Counted from the stretch's first letter, positions 19,427-28,998 are shown. The stretch: 64,000 nt of DNA from an uncultured Pelagibacteraceae bacterium (GCA_902594605.1 CACJMR010000001.1:76794-140793), one strand, 5' to 3'. Program-made: numbers and translations. Notes: generated from the letters alone by a model not told the origin.

Positions 19427-20728
19427 TTAGTCTCGTATTGCGTATGCTATCACTCCTGTTTCTGTAACGTCAGTACCTTTGGTTTCAGCTTCTTTACTTA
19501 ATCTAATTCCAAATGTAGCTTTCATTATTGACCAGATTATATAGGACACAACAAACACAAAAATGTTAATTGAAAGTACACCGATTAATTGTGCACTAAA
19601 CGATGCATCAGTGTTTGTTAATGGCACTGCTAATGTTCCCCAAATACCAGCAAACATATGAGCTGGAATTGCACCTACAACGTCGTCAAGTTTAAAGCTA
19701 AATAATAATTTAGTTCCAAACACTACGATTAATCCACCAACAGCTCCAATGAAAATAGCTGCTAAAGGTGATGGTGCTAATGGTTCAGCTGTGACAGCTA
19801 CAAGACCACCAATTGCTCCGTTTAACATTTGAATTACATCTGTTTTACCAAACATTAATCTTGTAATTATTGCAGCAGCCATAACACCACCACAAGCAGC
19901 AAGATTAGTATTAATAAATATACCTGATACAGCAACTGCATCATCAAATGTTCCAATAGCTAGTTGAGATCCACCATTGAATCCAAACCAACCTAACCAT
20001 AATATAAATACTCCAACAGTAACTAATGGAATTGAAGAAGCAGCAAAAGGTTTGATTGCTTTTGCCTCACCTTTGCTACCAAATCTTCCATATCTAGCAC
20101 CTAACAACATGATACCTGCTAAAGCAGCTGCACCACCTGTTGAGTGTACTAGTGTTGAACCAGCAAAATCAGAGAAGCCTAGTTCTGCTAACCAGCCTCC
20201 GCCCCATTGCCAACCCATAACGATTGGATAAATTACTCCAGCTAAAATAGCTGCAAATAAGAAAAACGGCCATAGCTTGATTCTTTCAGCCATAGCACCA
20301 GAACAAATTGAAACTGTTGTTGCACAGAATACCATTTGGAAAAACCAGTCGGAACCATCAGCATAACCTGTATCAACTGCACTTGCATCTGACCAAGGTG
20401 TAAATGATCCAATGTATCCACCTTCAGGAATCCCGTAAGCTAAATTGTAACCAAAAAGCCAAAACATAATTCCGGCAATTGAATATAGACCTATGTTTTT
20501 AGCACAAATTACTGATACACTTTTTGAAGTTACCATACCAGATTCTAGCATCGCAAACCCTGCTGCCATGAACATGACAAGGAAACCACAAATTAAAAAC
20601 AGAAGCGAATTAAATATCGCTTGAACTTCTCCAGAGACAGTTGTCTCTGCCATACCTGCACTACTCATGTTTAATAAAAAAATTAAACTTAGAAGCGGTG
20701 CTGATATTTTTTTTATTATTTTAGTCAT
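19427..20728 (-). CDS. amtB: Ammonium transporter
   Basis: FQMVF, GAMAER, DFAGSTLVH, WFGFNGGS and DDVVGAIPAH motifs; N-terminal signal peptide. Confidence 0.96.
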   Translation of the reverse strand: MTKIIKKISAPLLSLIFLLNMSSAGMAETTVSGEVQAIFNSLLFLICGFLVMFMAAGFAMLESGMVTSKSVSVICAKNIGLYSIAGIMFWLFGYNLAYGIPEGGYIGSFTPWSDASAVDTGYADGSDWFFQMVFCATTVSICSGAMAERIKLWPFFLFAAILAGVIYPIVMGWQWGGGWLAELGFSDFAGSTLVHSTGGAAALAGIMLLGARYGRFGSKGEAKAIKPFAASSIPLVTVGVFILWLGWFGFNGGSQLAIGTFDDAVAVSGIFINTNLAACGGVMAAAIITRLMFGKTDVIQMLNGAIGGLVAVTAEPLAPSPLAAIFIGAVGGLIVVFGTKLLFSFKLDDVVGAIPAHMFAGIWGTLAVPLTNTDASFSAQLIGVLSINIFVFVVSYIIWSIMKATFGIRLSKEAETKGTDVTETGVIAYAIRD

Positions 20729-20729
20729 T

Positions 20730-20755
20730 AGACCTCCACTTGTTTAAGTGGTGTC
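20730..20755 (-). promoter_or_regulatory. Hairpin sequestering the amtB Shine-Dalgarno sequence
   Basis: AGAC-A-CCACUU-AAAC-AAGUGG-AG-GUCU directly before A-AUG; GGAGG lies in the 3' arm. Confidence 0.55.
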
Positions 20756-20826
20756 TTATAGTTTTATTAATTTTTAAAACTAACGCTGATTAGGAAAAGT
20801 GGCTATGCAGTTTTTGCATATAGAAG

Positions 20827-20861
20827 CAGCCCTAAACGTGCTTTTAAAACGTTTAGGGCTG
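20827..20861. terminator. Stem-loop downstream of the HU gene
   Basis: CAGCCCTAAACG...CGTTTAGGGCTG, a perfect 12-bp inverted repeat; U-tail on the minus strand is weak. Confidence 0.65.
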
Positions 20862-20874
20862 TAGAAAAAGAATA

Positions 20875-21150
20875 TTATCTGTTGAATACTTCTTTTAAAG
20901 CTTTGGCTGGTAAGAATTTTACCTTTTGAGAAGCAGCAATTTGAATCTGCTCACCTGTTCTAGGGTTTCTTCCAACTCTTGCTTTTCTCTTAGCTACTTT
21001 GTACGTACCAAATCCAGCAATTTTTACTGAATCATCACCTTTTAGAGCATCTAAAATAGTGTTGGTAATTGTATCAAAAGTTCGCTCAGCATCTGCTTTG
21101 CTCAAATTTAATGAGCCAGAAAGCTTAGCAATTAGTTGTTTTTTGTTCAT
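20875..21150 (-). CDS. hup: Histone-like DNA-binding protein HU
   Basis: MNKKQLI, GFGTY and GRNPRTGE motifs. Confidence 0.95.
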   Translation of the reverse strand: MNKKQLIAKLSGSLNLSKADAERTFDTITNTILDALKGDDSVKIAGFGTYKVAKRKARVGRNPRTGEQIQIAASQKVKFLPAKALKEVFNR

Positions 21151-21307
21151 TTTAGCTCCGGTTTTGTTGGTTAATATTTATACTTCTCATAAACATTGAT
21201 AAATCAAGCTTTTTTTTAGTGTTTAATTTTTTAAAACACACAATATCTTGTAAAAACATAAATAAACGTTGGTTTTATTGACTTTTTTTAACTTTTTATA
21301 ATATGAA

Positions 21308-22420
21308 TTATCTAAATAAACCTAGGTCTTTCAGATCGTTAAATGTGGTGAAAAACATTAATGATAGCAACAAAAACAATCCGATTCGAAAAAAACCTTC
21401 TTGAGTTTTTTGAGACAAAGGTCGGCCTAAAACTTTTTCAAATGCATAAAACATTAAATGTCCTCCATCTAACATTGGTATTGGAAATAGATTAATAAGT
21501 CCTAAACTTATTGATATATAGGCCATCATACTAATAAAAGCCAACACCCCAAAGGTTGCTACTTGTCCAGAAATCTTAGCAATTCTAATTGGGCCTCCAA
21601 GTTGAGAAGTATCGGCTTTACCTAAAATCATACCTCCGATGTATTTAAGTGAGGAAACACTTACAAAATAAACTTCATTTGCCGCGTGATATAGTGCTTT
21701 TGCAGGTCCTAATTTTACATTATTAATTTTATCATTATAAGCTGATAATTTTATACCAACCATTCTTTTGTTTATTTTGTTCCCTAAACCATCATCACCT
21801 TCAACAATGTTAGGTTTAACTTTTAATATTAGTTCATTATAGGAACGCTTAACTTTGAAATCTATAAAATCACCAGTAGACAAAGTGATAAACTTAGAAA
21901 CTTCCATAATACTTTTAACTTCATTACCGTCTATTTCTAAAATTATATCCTCAGCTTTTAGCCCTCCTACCATTGCAGGACTATCTTTTTGAACCTCGCT
22001 GATTACAGCAGGAGTAAAATCTTTGCCAACAAAAGTATAAAGACAGAAAAATATTACTAAAGCTAATAAAAAATTAGCTAAAGGGCCACCAAACACAATT
22101 AATGCCCTTTGATACAAAGGTTTTAATGTAAATAGTTTTTTTCTTTCCTCTTCATTATATTTTTCTAATATTTCTTGATGATCAGCTTGTGAATAAACAT
22201 TCCTATCTCCAAAAAATTTTACATATCCACCTAAAGGAATTGCACAAATTTTCCATCTTGTTCCAAATTTATCGTTCCACCCAAATAATTCTTTACCAAA
22301 CCCAATTGAAAAATCAGTTACACCTACACCATATTTTCTTGCAAAATAATAGTGTCCATACTCATGAATAAATACGACAACAAGAATTAAAATTAAAAAA
22401 GGTATTATATAACTAAGCAT
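21308..22420 (-). CDS. rseP: RIP metalloprotease RseP (M50, PDZ)
   Basis: HEYGH, FSIGFG, PLGGYV and NLFPIPMLDGG motifs. Confidence 0.95.
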   Translation of the reverse strand: MLSYIIPFLILILVVVFIHEYGHYYFARKYGVGVTDFSIGFGKELFGWNDKFGTRWKICAIPLGGYVKFFGDRNVYSQADHQEILEKYNEEERKKLFTLKPLYQRALIVFGGPLANFLLALVIFFCLYTFVGKDFTPAVISEVQKDSPAMVGGLKAEDIILEIDGNEVKSIMEVSKFITLSTGDFIDFKVKRSYNELILKVKPNIVEGDDGLGNKINKRMVGIKLSAYNDKINNVKLGPAKALYHAANEVYFVSVSSLKYIGGMILGKADTSQLGGPIRIAKISGQVATFGVLAFISMMAYISISLGLINLFPIPMLDGGHLMFYAFEKVLGRPLSQKTQEGFFRIGLFLLLSLMFFTTFNDLKDLGLFR

Positions 22421-22499
22421 ATTTTTATATTTTAAATTAATATTAAACTAATCACAACCTCACAATCACCAATAATACTGATACTTTTTGTCTTCGCTT

Positions 22500-23099
22500 T
22501 TAAATTTTAATTGAAAGCATCCATATACCAACCAAAAATAAAGACAATGAGAAGATTTTATTTAATATTTTTGAATATTTCTCATTTCTAAATTTTGCAC
22601 CTAGTAAGTCACCAAATAATGTCCACAGAGTAAATGACACGCAGTTATTAACTGTAAAAATTGTACTGATTAAAATTATTCTTATTAAGCTTTGAGAGCC
22701 ATCTAAAAAGATTGTGAACATTAAAGAAATTATCACATAAGCTTTTGGGTTAAATACTAAAAGTATAACTCCATCAACAAAAGTACATTTTAAATTTTGG
22801 TTGTTATTTTCATATGTGCTTGCTTTGAAGAATTTATAAGCAAGATAGATTACATACAATGACCCTATTATCTGAATGTACTTATATTGATCATTAATAA
22901 ATGAAAAAAATATATTAAAACCAAAACCTATAAGAAAAGTAACTATAATCGTTGCAAGATGATAACCAAAATTTGCTGATAAAGTTTTAGCAAAACCAAA
23001 TCTTGCTCCATTAGCTGCAAAGAACATGTTCCCAGGTCCCGGGCTAAAAGCTAGAGGAAATAAAAAAATTATTAAAGCTACTATTTCAATTAGAGTCAT
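22500..23099 (-). CDS. LysE/RhtB family amino acid exporter
   Basis: SPGPGNM and FNPKAY motifs, hydrophobic. Confidence 0.88.
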   Translation of the reverse strand: MTLIEIVALIIFLFPLAFSPGPGNMFFAANGARFGFAKTLSANFGYHLATIIVTFLIGFGFNIFFSFINDQYKYIQIIGSLYVIYLAYKFFKASTYENNNQNLKCTFVDGVILLVFNPKAYVIISLMFTIFLDGSQSLIRIILISTIFTVNNCVSFTLWTLFGDLLGAKFRNEKYSKILNKIFSLSLFLVGIWMLSIKI

Positions 23100-23136
23100 A
23101 TTTTAATAGGTGGTTAAATTTATAATATTCTTTAAT

Positions 23137-23682
23137 TTAGGTCTTTTTATTCTTCTTATACATTCTCATCCACTTTTCAAAGATTACAATTGCATCATCC
23201 ATATCTTTAGTTTTGTTAGGATGATTTTTTGCTCTTCCAAGCATAGTTGCAATAACATTTACTTGATACTTAATTGATCTTTTTTTGATAGCTTTAACTG
23301 TATAAAGCGCCTTTTCTTTATTCTTAAAACCTAATCCATGCAAAGTTGTCTCAGGTTTATAGTCAGAAAATAATGAAAGATTTAAAGGTTTAAAACTTTT
23401 ATCTTTAATCATTTTATTCATTGGCATTTTATCCACTAAGGTAAATATCTTTTTTAGATTTATTGTATTTAATTGAGCTTTTTCAGTTCCATCAAAACCA
23501 ATTAAACTCACACTAAAGTTTTTAGCTTTATCTAATTTTGTAACTAATTTAATAAATCTTTTGTGAAATTCTTTTATGTGTTTTTGATAAATATCTTTTG
23601 AATTCTTATACTCTTGATTAGTGTAGTTTGGAGTATTCAAAACTAACAATCTACATTTCCATATATATTTTTTAAAATTCAT
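23137..23682 (-). CDS. DUF4174-like domain protein with extra C-terminal domain
   Basis: WKCRLLV...LIGFDGTEK...VDKMPM N-terminal pattern, followed by a TTLHGLGFK domain. Confidence 0.65.
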   Translation of the reverse strand: MNFKKYIWKCRLLVLNTPNYTNQEYKNSKDIYQKHIKEFHKRFIKLVTKLDKAKNFSVSLIGFDGTEKAQLNTINLKKIFTLVDKMPMNKMIKDKSFKPLNLSLFSDYKPETTLHGLGFKNKEKALYTVKAIKKRSIKYQVNVIATMLGRAKNHPNKTKDMDDAIVIFEKWMRMYKKNKKT

Positions 23683-23705
23683 TGGTATATGAGGTATTTT
23701 AGTTA

Positions 23706-24188
23706 TTAGAATAAAAGAAAAAATAAAGTAACCAAAAAAGCAATAACTGTTCTTATGTTATTAAAGTAATTCCATTTTGTTTCAAAATTTTTACGTTCTT
23801 CATTTAATGATTGTAAATTAGTCGAATTAATATCAATGTTTTGAATACGTCTATTAAGAGGTAAATGAATTATTATTGTAATAGCTTGCACGCCTATCAA
23901 ATAAACTAAGCTCACAAATATTATTTTCCATCCCTCTAATATACCTAAAGTAAATATTGAAATTATAATTGTACTCACAACAGATATTATGGAACCTACC
24001 CAAATTAAAATGAAAATTGGTTGATTATTTTGAATGATTCCGTCTGTAACCTGAAAAGCTTTGATAAATTCCTTATCGTCAAGTTTTGATAAACCTGGCA
24101 TTACAACAATAGCATATGTCAGTATAAATCCAGTTACCAGAGAACATAACAATGTAGAAAAGAATAACGATATGTTTAAAATTTCCAT
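23706..24188 (-). CDS. DUF1772 / anthrone oxygenase-like membrane protein
   Basis: VVMPGL, FIKAFQ, HLPLN and WNYFNNIRT motifs. Confidence 0.8.
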   Translation of the reverse strand: MEILNISLFFSTLLCSLVTGFILTYAIVVMPGLSKLDDKEFIKAFQVTDGIIQNNQPIFILIWVGSIISVVSTIIISIFTLGILEGWKIIFVSLVYLIGVQAITIIIHLPLNRRIQNIDINSTNLQSLNEERKNFETKWNYFNNIRTVIAFLVTLFFLLF

Positions 24189-24189
24189 T

Positions 24190-24642
24190 TTATTCTACAC
24201 GCGAGTATTCCGACTTTACTCTCCTCAAAGGTATAGAGGTTTCAACAGAAGAAACGCCCTCTATTACAGTTAGTTTTTTAGTTAAAAAATCCTCAAATTC
24301 CTCAACATCTTTAACTGCAATTCTTATTAAATAATCCTTAGCACCTGTCATTAACCAACACTCAACAACTTCAGGAAAATTTAAAATTTTTTTCTCAAAT
24401 TTATCAAAATTTTTTGATTGCTGTTTTTCTAAGCTAATAAATATAAATGCAGGAAATTTATAACCAAGTGAGGTTTCATCAATATTTACTGAATAATTTT
24501 TTATTATATTGTTTTCTTCTAATTGATTTATTCTTCTTGCAGTAGGAGCAATACTTAAATTTATTTTCTCACTTATATTTTGAAGAGTAGTTTTGCTGTT
24601 ATTTTTAAGTATTTTTACAATCTTTTTATCAACTTCATCCAT
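24190..24642 (-). CDS. Lrp/AsnC family transcriptional regulator
   Basis: N-terminal HTH (D..I...L...RRINQLE) and RAM domain ECWLMTGAKDY. Confidence 0.93.
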   Translation of the reverse strand: MDEVDKKIVKILKNNSKTTLQNISEKINLSIAPTARRINQLEENNIIKNYSVNIDETSLGYKFPAFIFISLEKQQSKNFDKFEKKILNFPEVVECWLMTGAKDYLIRIAVKDVEEFEDFLTKKLTVIEGVSSVETSIPLRRVKSEYSRVE

Positions 24643-24759
24643 ATTTTTAATAAATTTTATTAATATTTATTAAATATCTTATAAAATTTACTAATATTCA
24701 ACTATAAATTAGTAATAATAAAGAAAATTTATTTTTTATTTCATGTAATTAATAATTAT

Positions 24760-25734
24760 ATGAATAAATCTAAATCATTTGATCCACTTTGGGTTCCAAT
24801 TATTTCTCAATATCAAAATACAAAAAATTTAGAGCTAGATGAAAAGCTTATTCAAAAACACATCAATTGGTTAGACCCACATGTAAAACAATTCTTGGTT
24901 TGTGGAACTACAGGGGATGGGTGGAATTTAACTGATGAATTAATAGTCAATTGGTTAGATATATTAAATGATAATTCTTTAATTAAAAAAGATAACAAAA
25001 TATTATTTGGAGCATTTGGAAAAACAACAGAAGATGTTCTAAGACGAACGGATATCATAGAAAAATATATAATTAAAAATGGAACTTCTGCAGGATTTTT
25101 TGGATTAACTTTATGTGCTCCCGTTGACGAAAAGATCAAACAAGAAGGAATTATTTCACATTTTAAAAGTATCATTGAAAATACAAATTTACCAATTTCT
25201 ATCTATCAATTACCTCAAGTAGTAAATTGTAAAATTGAACCTGAAACATTAAAAATATTAAAAGATAATTTTCAAGATAGAATTCAATTATTTAAGGATA
25301 CTAGTGGTGAAGATGATGTTGTAAATTCTGGAATTAATTTTAATGATTTAATATTTTTAAGAGGAGCAGAAGAAAATTATTTTGATCATTTACAACCTCA
25401 CGGAAAATATCATGGTTTTTTATTAAGTTCAGCAAATTGTTTTGGCAAAATTTTAAGAGGAATTTGTAATAATGTTGCAAAGGGTAATTTTAAACATGCA
25501 GAAAAGATGTCTAAAGAATTAAGCGATATAATTAGAATTTCTTTTTCAGAAGGTCAAAAATTAGATTTTGGAAACCCTTTTTCTAATGTAAATAAAGCTT
25601 TTGCTCATGTCCTGATTAATAAAGATAATCTTAGCTGCAAAACATGTTTTAATAGGAATATTCCCGGGGATTTTCTAAATGATATGTTTTTATTATTGTC
25701 TAAATTTAAGTTAATAAAATCTTTGAATAACTAA
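24760..25734 (+). CDS. DapA/NanA-family (dihydrodipicolinate synthase-like) aldolase
   Basis: GTTGDG, IYQLPQV and FKDTSG (Schiff-base Lys) motifs; divergent from true DapA. Confidence 0.82.
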   Translation: MNKSKSFDPLWVPIISQYQNTKNLELDEKLIQKHINWLDPHVKQFLVCGTTGDGWNLTDELIVNWLDILNDNSLIKKDNKILFGAFGKTTEDVLRRTDIIEKYIIKNGTSAGFFGLTLCAPVDEKIKQEGIISHFKSIIENTNLPISIYQLPQVVNCKIEPETLKILKDNFQDRIQLFKDTSGEDDVVNSGINFNDLIFLRGAEENYFDHLQPHGKYHGFLLSSANCFGKILRGICNNVAKGNFKHAEKMSKELSDIIRISFSEGQKLDFGNPFSNVNKAFAHVLINKDNLSCKTCFNRNIPGDFLNDMFLLLSKFKLIKSLNN

Positions 25735-25949
25735 TAAAATCCTAAAGTATAAGTCTAAAATTCAACAAATCTTAGTCAAGAACCAATGTCATTAGAGCAC
25801 TATTGGAGCAATAGAGGTACCAGACAGATCTCAAAATTTGAAAGTTCAATTGACCCCTACCCAGTAAAATAAATTTAGGAGTCCCTATATAGATCTATAG
25901 TATTTAATGTGTATATCTAGTGTTGTGAAAAATTTAATCATTTTAATAT

Positions 25950-27053
25950 TTAATCTAAAATAATGTCAGGTTTTCCCAATAAATCTTTATCTGGCTCAAC
26001 CCCTAAACCAAATCCAGTAGGTGCTGAAATACTTCCGCTAACTCTTGTAGGTCCATTTTGATCTAACCGAGGTGAAACATAGCCTGATAAGTCACATACA
26101 TTAAGTAATCTTGATGGATCACAACTTATTCCTAAATGAAGTAGTGCTGCAGTTGCAATGTCACTTCCCCAAGTATCTTCAATACACATTTTAGTTCCAA
26201 AGTAACTACAAAGTTCTCTTGCATCTCTAACTGCACTTATTCCACCAAATTTTGAAAGTTTTAATGCAGCAACATCCATAATTCCTTTTTCATGCCCTTC
26301 TAAAAGAGTTTCGGTGTCATATACTCCTTCATCTAATTTCATTGCAAGACCAGTTGCTTGTTTAACGGATGCGCATTCTGATAAAGTTGCACATGGTTGT
26401 TCTAACATAATATCTAGATGTGCAATTTTTCTACTTGTTCGGATTGCATCTAATGGAGTTGCTCCACAATTCCAATCTCCATAAACTAAATGCTGATCAT
26501 CAATTACTTCTCTAACTTTGATCAATCGTTCAGCATCAATCTGCCAATTATTATCTGCCCCTAATTTTACTTGAAACTGAGTAATACCTTCCTTTTGTTT
26601 TTCTTTTGCAATCTTGACCATTTCATCTGGCGCAACACAAGTTATTGAATGATATAAAGGCATGTCTTTTTGTTTTTGACCACCTAATAATTTAAACAAA
26701 GGTAATTTTGCAACTTTTGCAGTGATATCCCATAAAGCAATATCTAAAGGCGACTTTGTATAGTTATGACCTTGTAAATACTTATCCACCTTTAACATTA
26801 ACGCCTCTGGTCCAACAGGATCTGACCCAATAATAACTGGTGCAAGTTCAGTTATAGCAGGTGCAATTCCTTTAGCGTACGCTGGTAAATAATGTGGAAT
26901 TGGGCAACACTCACCCCAACCTTGAATACCACTATCAGTATCAATTGAAATAATTACACTCTCAACTTCATCACAGGTTTTATTACCTGCCATATAATAA
27001 GTCTCATGACTTTTAAGATTTATATTCCAAATTGAAATTTTAGTAATTTTCAC
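25950..27053 (-). CDS. Enolase superfamily, muconate-lactonizing subgroup (resembles cis-3-hydroxyproline dehydratase / hydroxyproline-betaine epimerase)
   Basis: GWGECCP, DIALWD, FQVKLG, DWN, EQP, DE, LKLSKFGG and EDTWGSDI motifs; GTG start overlapping the upstream stop. Confidence 0.85.
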   Translation of the reverse strand: MKITKISIWNINLKSHETYYMAGNKTCDEVESVIISIDTDSGIQGWGECCPIPHYLPAYAKGIAPAITELAPVIIGSDPVGPEALMLKVDKYLQGHNYTKSPLDIALWDITAKVAKLPLFKLLGGQKQKDMPLYHSITCVAPDEMVKIAKEKQKEGITQFQVKLGADNNWQIDAERLIKVREVIDDQHLVYGDWNCGATPLDAIRTSRKIAHLDIMLEQPCATLSECASVKQATGLAMKLDEGVYDTETLLEGHEKGIMDVAALKLSKFGGISAVRDARELCSYFGTKMCIEDTWGSDIATAALLHLGISCDPSRLLNVCDLSGYVSPRLDQNGPTRVSGSISAPTGFGLGVEPDKDLLGKPDIILD

Positions 27054-28267
27054 TATTTCCCTACTCGCTTTGCAACACCCTGTTCTTGTTGTTTATTAAA
27101 TTCATCATCATTCATTTTATATAATTCTTCAATTCTTAAATTTTTGGTTTCTATTGAAGGTAAATTTTTATTTCTCATTCCAAGATGTCTTGCAAAAACT
27201 GCTTGTTTTTTACTTGTTTGATGAGGTTGAAAATCTTTAATGTCTTCAATCGTCACTTTATCTCCTCTGATAAGATATCCACTTTCAACTGCTTCATTAA
27301 AAACTTTAATTCCTTTTTTAGTTCGCATCACTGCAGCATTAAACCCTTCATCTTCTCCTTTAGGAGAACCACCTCTCCAAGTATCTAGAGCTGCAATATC
27401 TGAACTTTCTCCAATTGCATCGGGGCATATTTTACATCTAAATGGAACTTTCCAATTACTTTCATCACCCCAAAAAGAATTATAATCTTTATCAAACTCT
27501 CTTTGATCTTTTGTTTTAATATACATTCTTCCAGGGTTACCAAATCCTCTGTATCTAAATTCTTCTAACTCTTGTTCTTTAACATTAAATCCATCAATAA
27601 ATTCTTGTGACTTTGTAAGTTCTTGAAAGCCTCCACAAACAAGGGTGAATATATATTTACAATACTGATCAACTCTTTGATCTGATTTTGCAAGTAATCT
27701 GATGGCTCCTGCATCACAAGGTTTGCCAACAAAAGCAAAGGTTTGTTTTTTGTCTAAGGCTTTATGAAATTCACTTAAAGGTGAGGATGGACCGTATCTT
27801 GATCTACTTTCACAGTTAATTAAGTCCTCTTTATTATAACTGTATTTTACAATGTTTCGCATAGGGTTATCTTTGTCCCCTGCTGTATGCATAATAAAGT
27901 CAACTTTCTTTTTTTCTAATAAATATAAAGACAAACCATTTAACAAACCTCCTGTAGAACTTTGAAATCTAATCTTTGGATCTGTGGACCATGAATAATA
28001 TAAATCAAAATAATTTCCCCAAACCAAATCTTTATTGGATCCCTCATTTTCTTCATGATTTTCAGGACCTTCTGCAATAACACCAGGACAGACTTTTTTA
28101 ATTTCCTCTAAAGTTTCATTTGTAATTGGTGTTAATTCTTTAGGTTCTAAATTACCTTTGTCACTCATCTCCATTTCAAGAGAATTTCCTGCAATACTTT
28201 TACAAAGACCACAGCCAATACAAAGGCCATTCTTTACAATATCATCTAAAGAATTAATTTTCGTCAT
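27053..28267 (-). CDS. FrhB/FdhB (F420 hydrogenase beta subunit)-family Fe-S flavoprotein
   Basis: CIGCGLC ferredoxin motif; SSTGG, SRY, VGKPC, LVCGG, FRYRG and RCKICPD...SDIAALD motifs. Confidence 0.85.
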   Translation of the reverse strand: MTKINSLDDIVKNGLCIGCGLCKSIAGNSLEMEMSDKGNLEPKELTPITNETLEEIKKVCPGVIAEGPENHEENEGSNKDLVWGNYFDLYYSWSTDPKIRFQSSTGGLLNGLSLYLLEKKKVDFIMHTAGDKDNPMRNIVKYSYNKEDLINCESRSRYGPSSPLSEFHKALDKKQTFAFVGKPCDAGAIRLLAKSDQRVDQYCKYIFTLVCGGFQELTKSQEFIDGFNVKEQELEEFRYRGFGNPGRMYIKTKDQREFDKDYNSFWGDESNWKVPFRCKICPDAIGESSDIAALDTWRGGSPKGEDEGFNAAVMRTKKGIKVFNEAVESGYLIRGDKVTIEDIKDFQPHQTSKKQAVFARHLGMRNKNLPSIETKNLRIEELYKMNDDEFNKQQEQGVAKRVGK

Positions 28268-28998
28268 TACTCTTTATAAGATGGGTCTTTTGCATCACAT
28301 CTTCTAAGTAATGCTGGCCACTCGTTTAAACCTGGAGAAAATAAATCATATTGTTTTTGAGATAATTTCCACATTTCTTCTGTTGCTCTTTCAAGAGGTA
28401 AACCTGATGCAGTTGCTTGTACTGCAACTTCACACATTCTAATTGCATAATACATATTCATAAAAGCTTCTCCTGCCGTTGCACCAACAGTAAGAAGGCC
28501 GTGGTTTTTCATGATTAAAACCTTGTTGTCTCCCATGTTTTCAGCAATTCTTACTCTCTCATCTTTATTAATCGATAGCCCTTCCCACTCATGGTAACCA
28601 ACTTTTCCATAAAGCATTGAACTATCTTGAACTAAATGAGGAATACCATCTTTCAATGCCGTTGCAGCTAAAGCTGAAGGAGGATGTGCATGAAAGACAA
28701 ATTTAGCATTTGGATGATTTAGATGAATAGCGCTATGAATAATAAAACCTGCAGTATTAGCTTTTTCAGGTCCTTCTAAAACTTTACCATGCTCATCAAC
28801 TTTAATTAAATTTGATGCTTTTACTTCTTCATATAACAAGCCCATCTCATGCATAAAAAAAGTATGATCTGTTCCAGGTGCTCTTGCGGTGATATGGTTC
28901 CAAACTGTATCATCCCAACCCATCATGTTGGTTAATCTAAACATGGCTGCAAGATCTACTCTTACTTTCCAATCTGCTTCGCTTATATTGTTTTTCAT
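28267..28998 (-). CDS. Class II aldolase/adducin family protein
   Basis: RVDLAA, NHITAR, GFIIHSAIH, HAH and NHGLLT motifs. Confidence 0.9.
   Translation of the reverse strand: MKNNISEADWKVRVDLAAMFRLTNMMGWDDTVWNHITARAPGTDHTFFMHEMGLLYEEVKASNLIKVDEHGKVLEGPEKANTAGFIIHSAIHLNHPNAKFVFHAHPPSALAATALKDGIPHLVQDSSMLYGKVGYHEWEGLSINKDERVRIAENMGDNKVLIMKNHGLLTVGATAGEAFMNMYYAIRMCEVAVQATASGLPLERATEEMWKLSQKQYDLFSPGLNEWPALLRRCDAKDPSYKE

Noticed and set aside
23100-23136. Structured RNA motif upstream of the LysE/RhtB gene
   Set aside because: The gap is only 37 nt and has no visible stem
27053-28267. Evidence for hydrogenase or F420-dependent methanogen-type metabolism
   Set aside because: No large or small hydrogenase subunits or maturation genes in the window; the fold is reused in other enzymes
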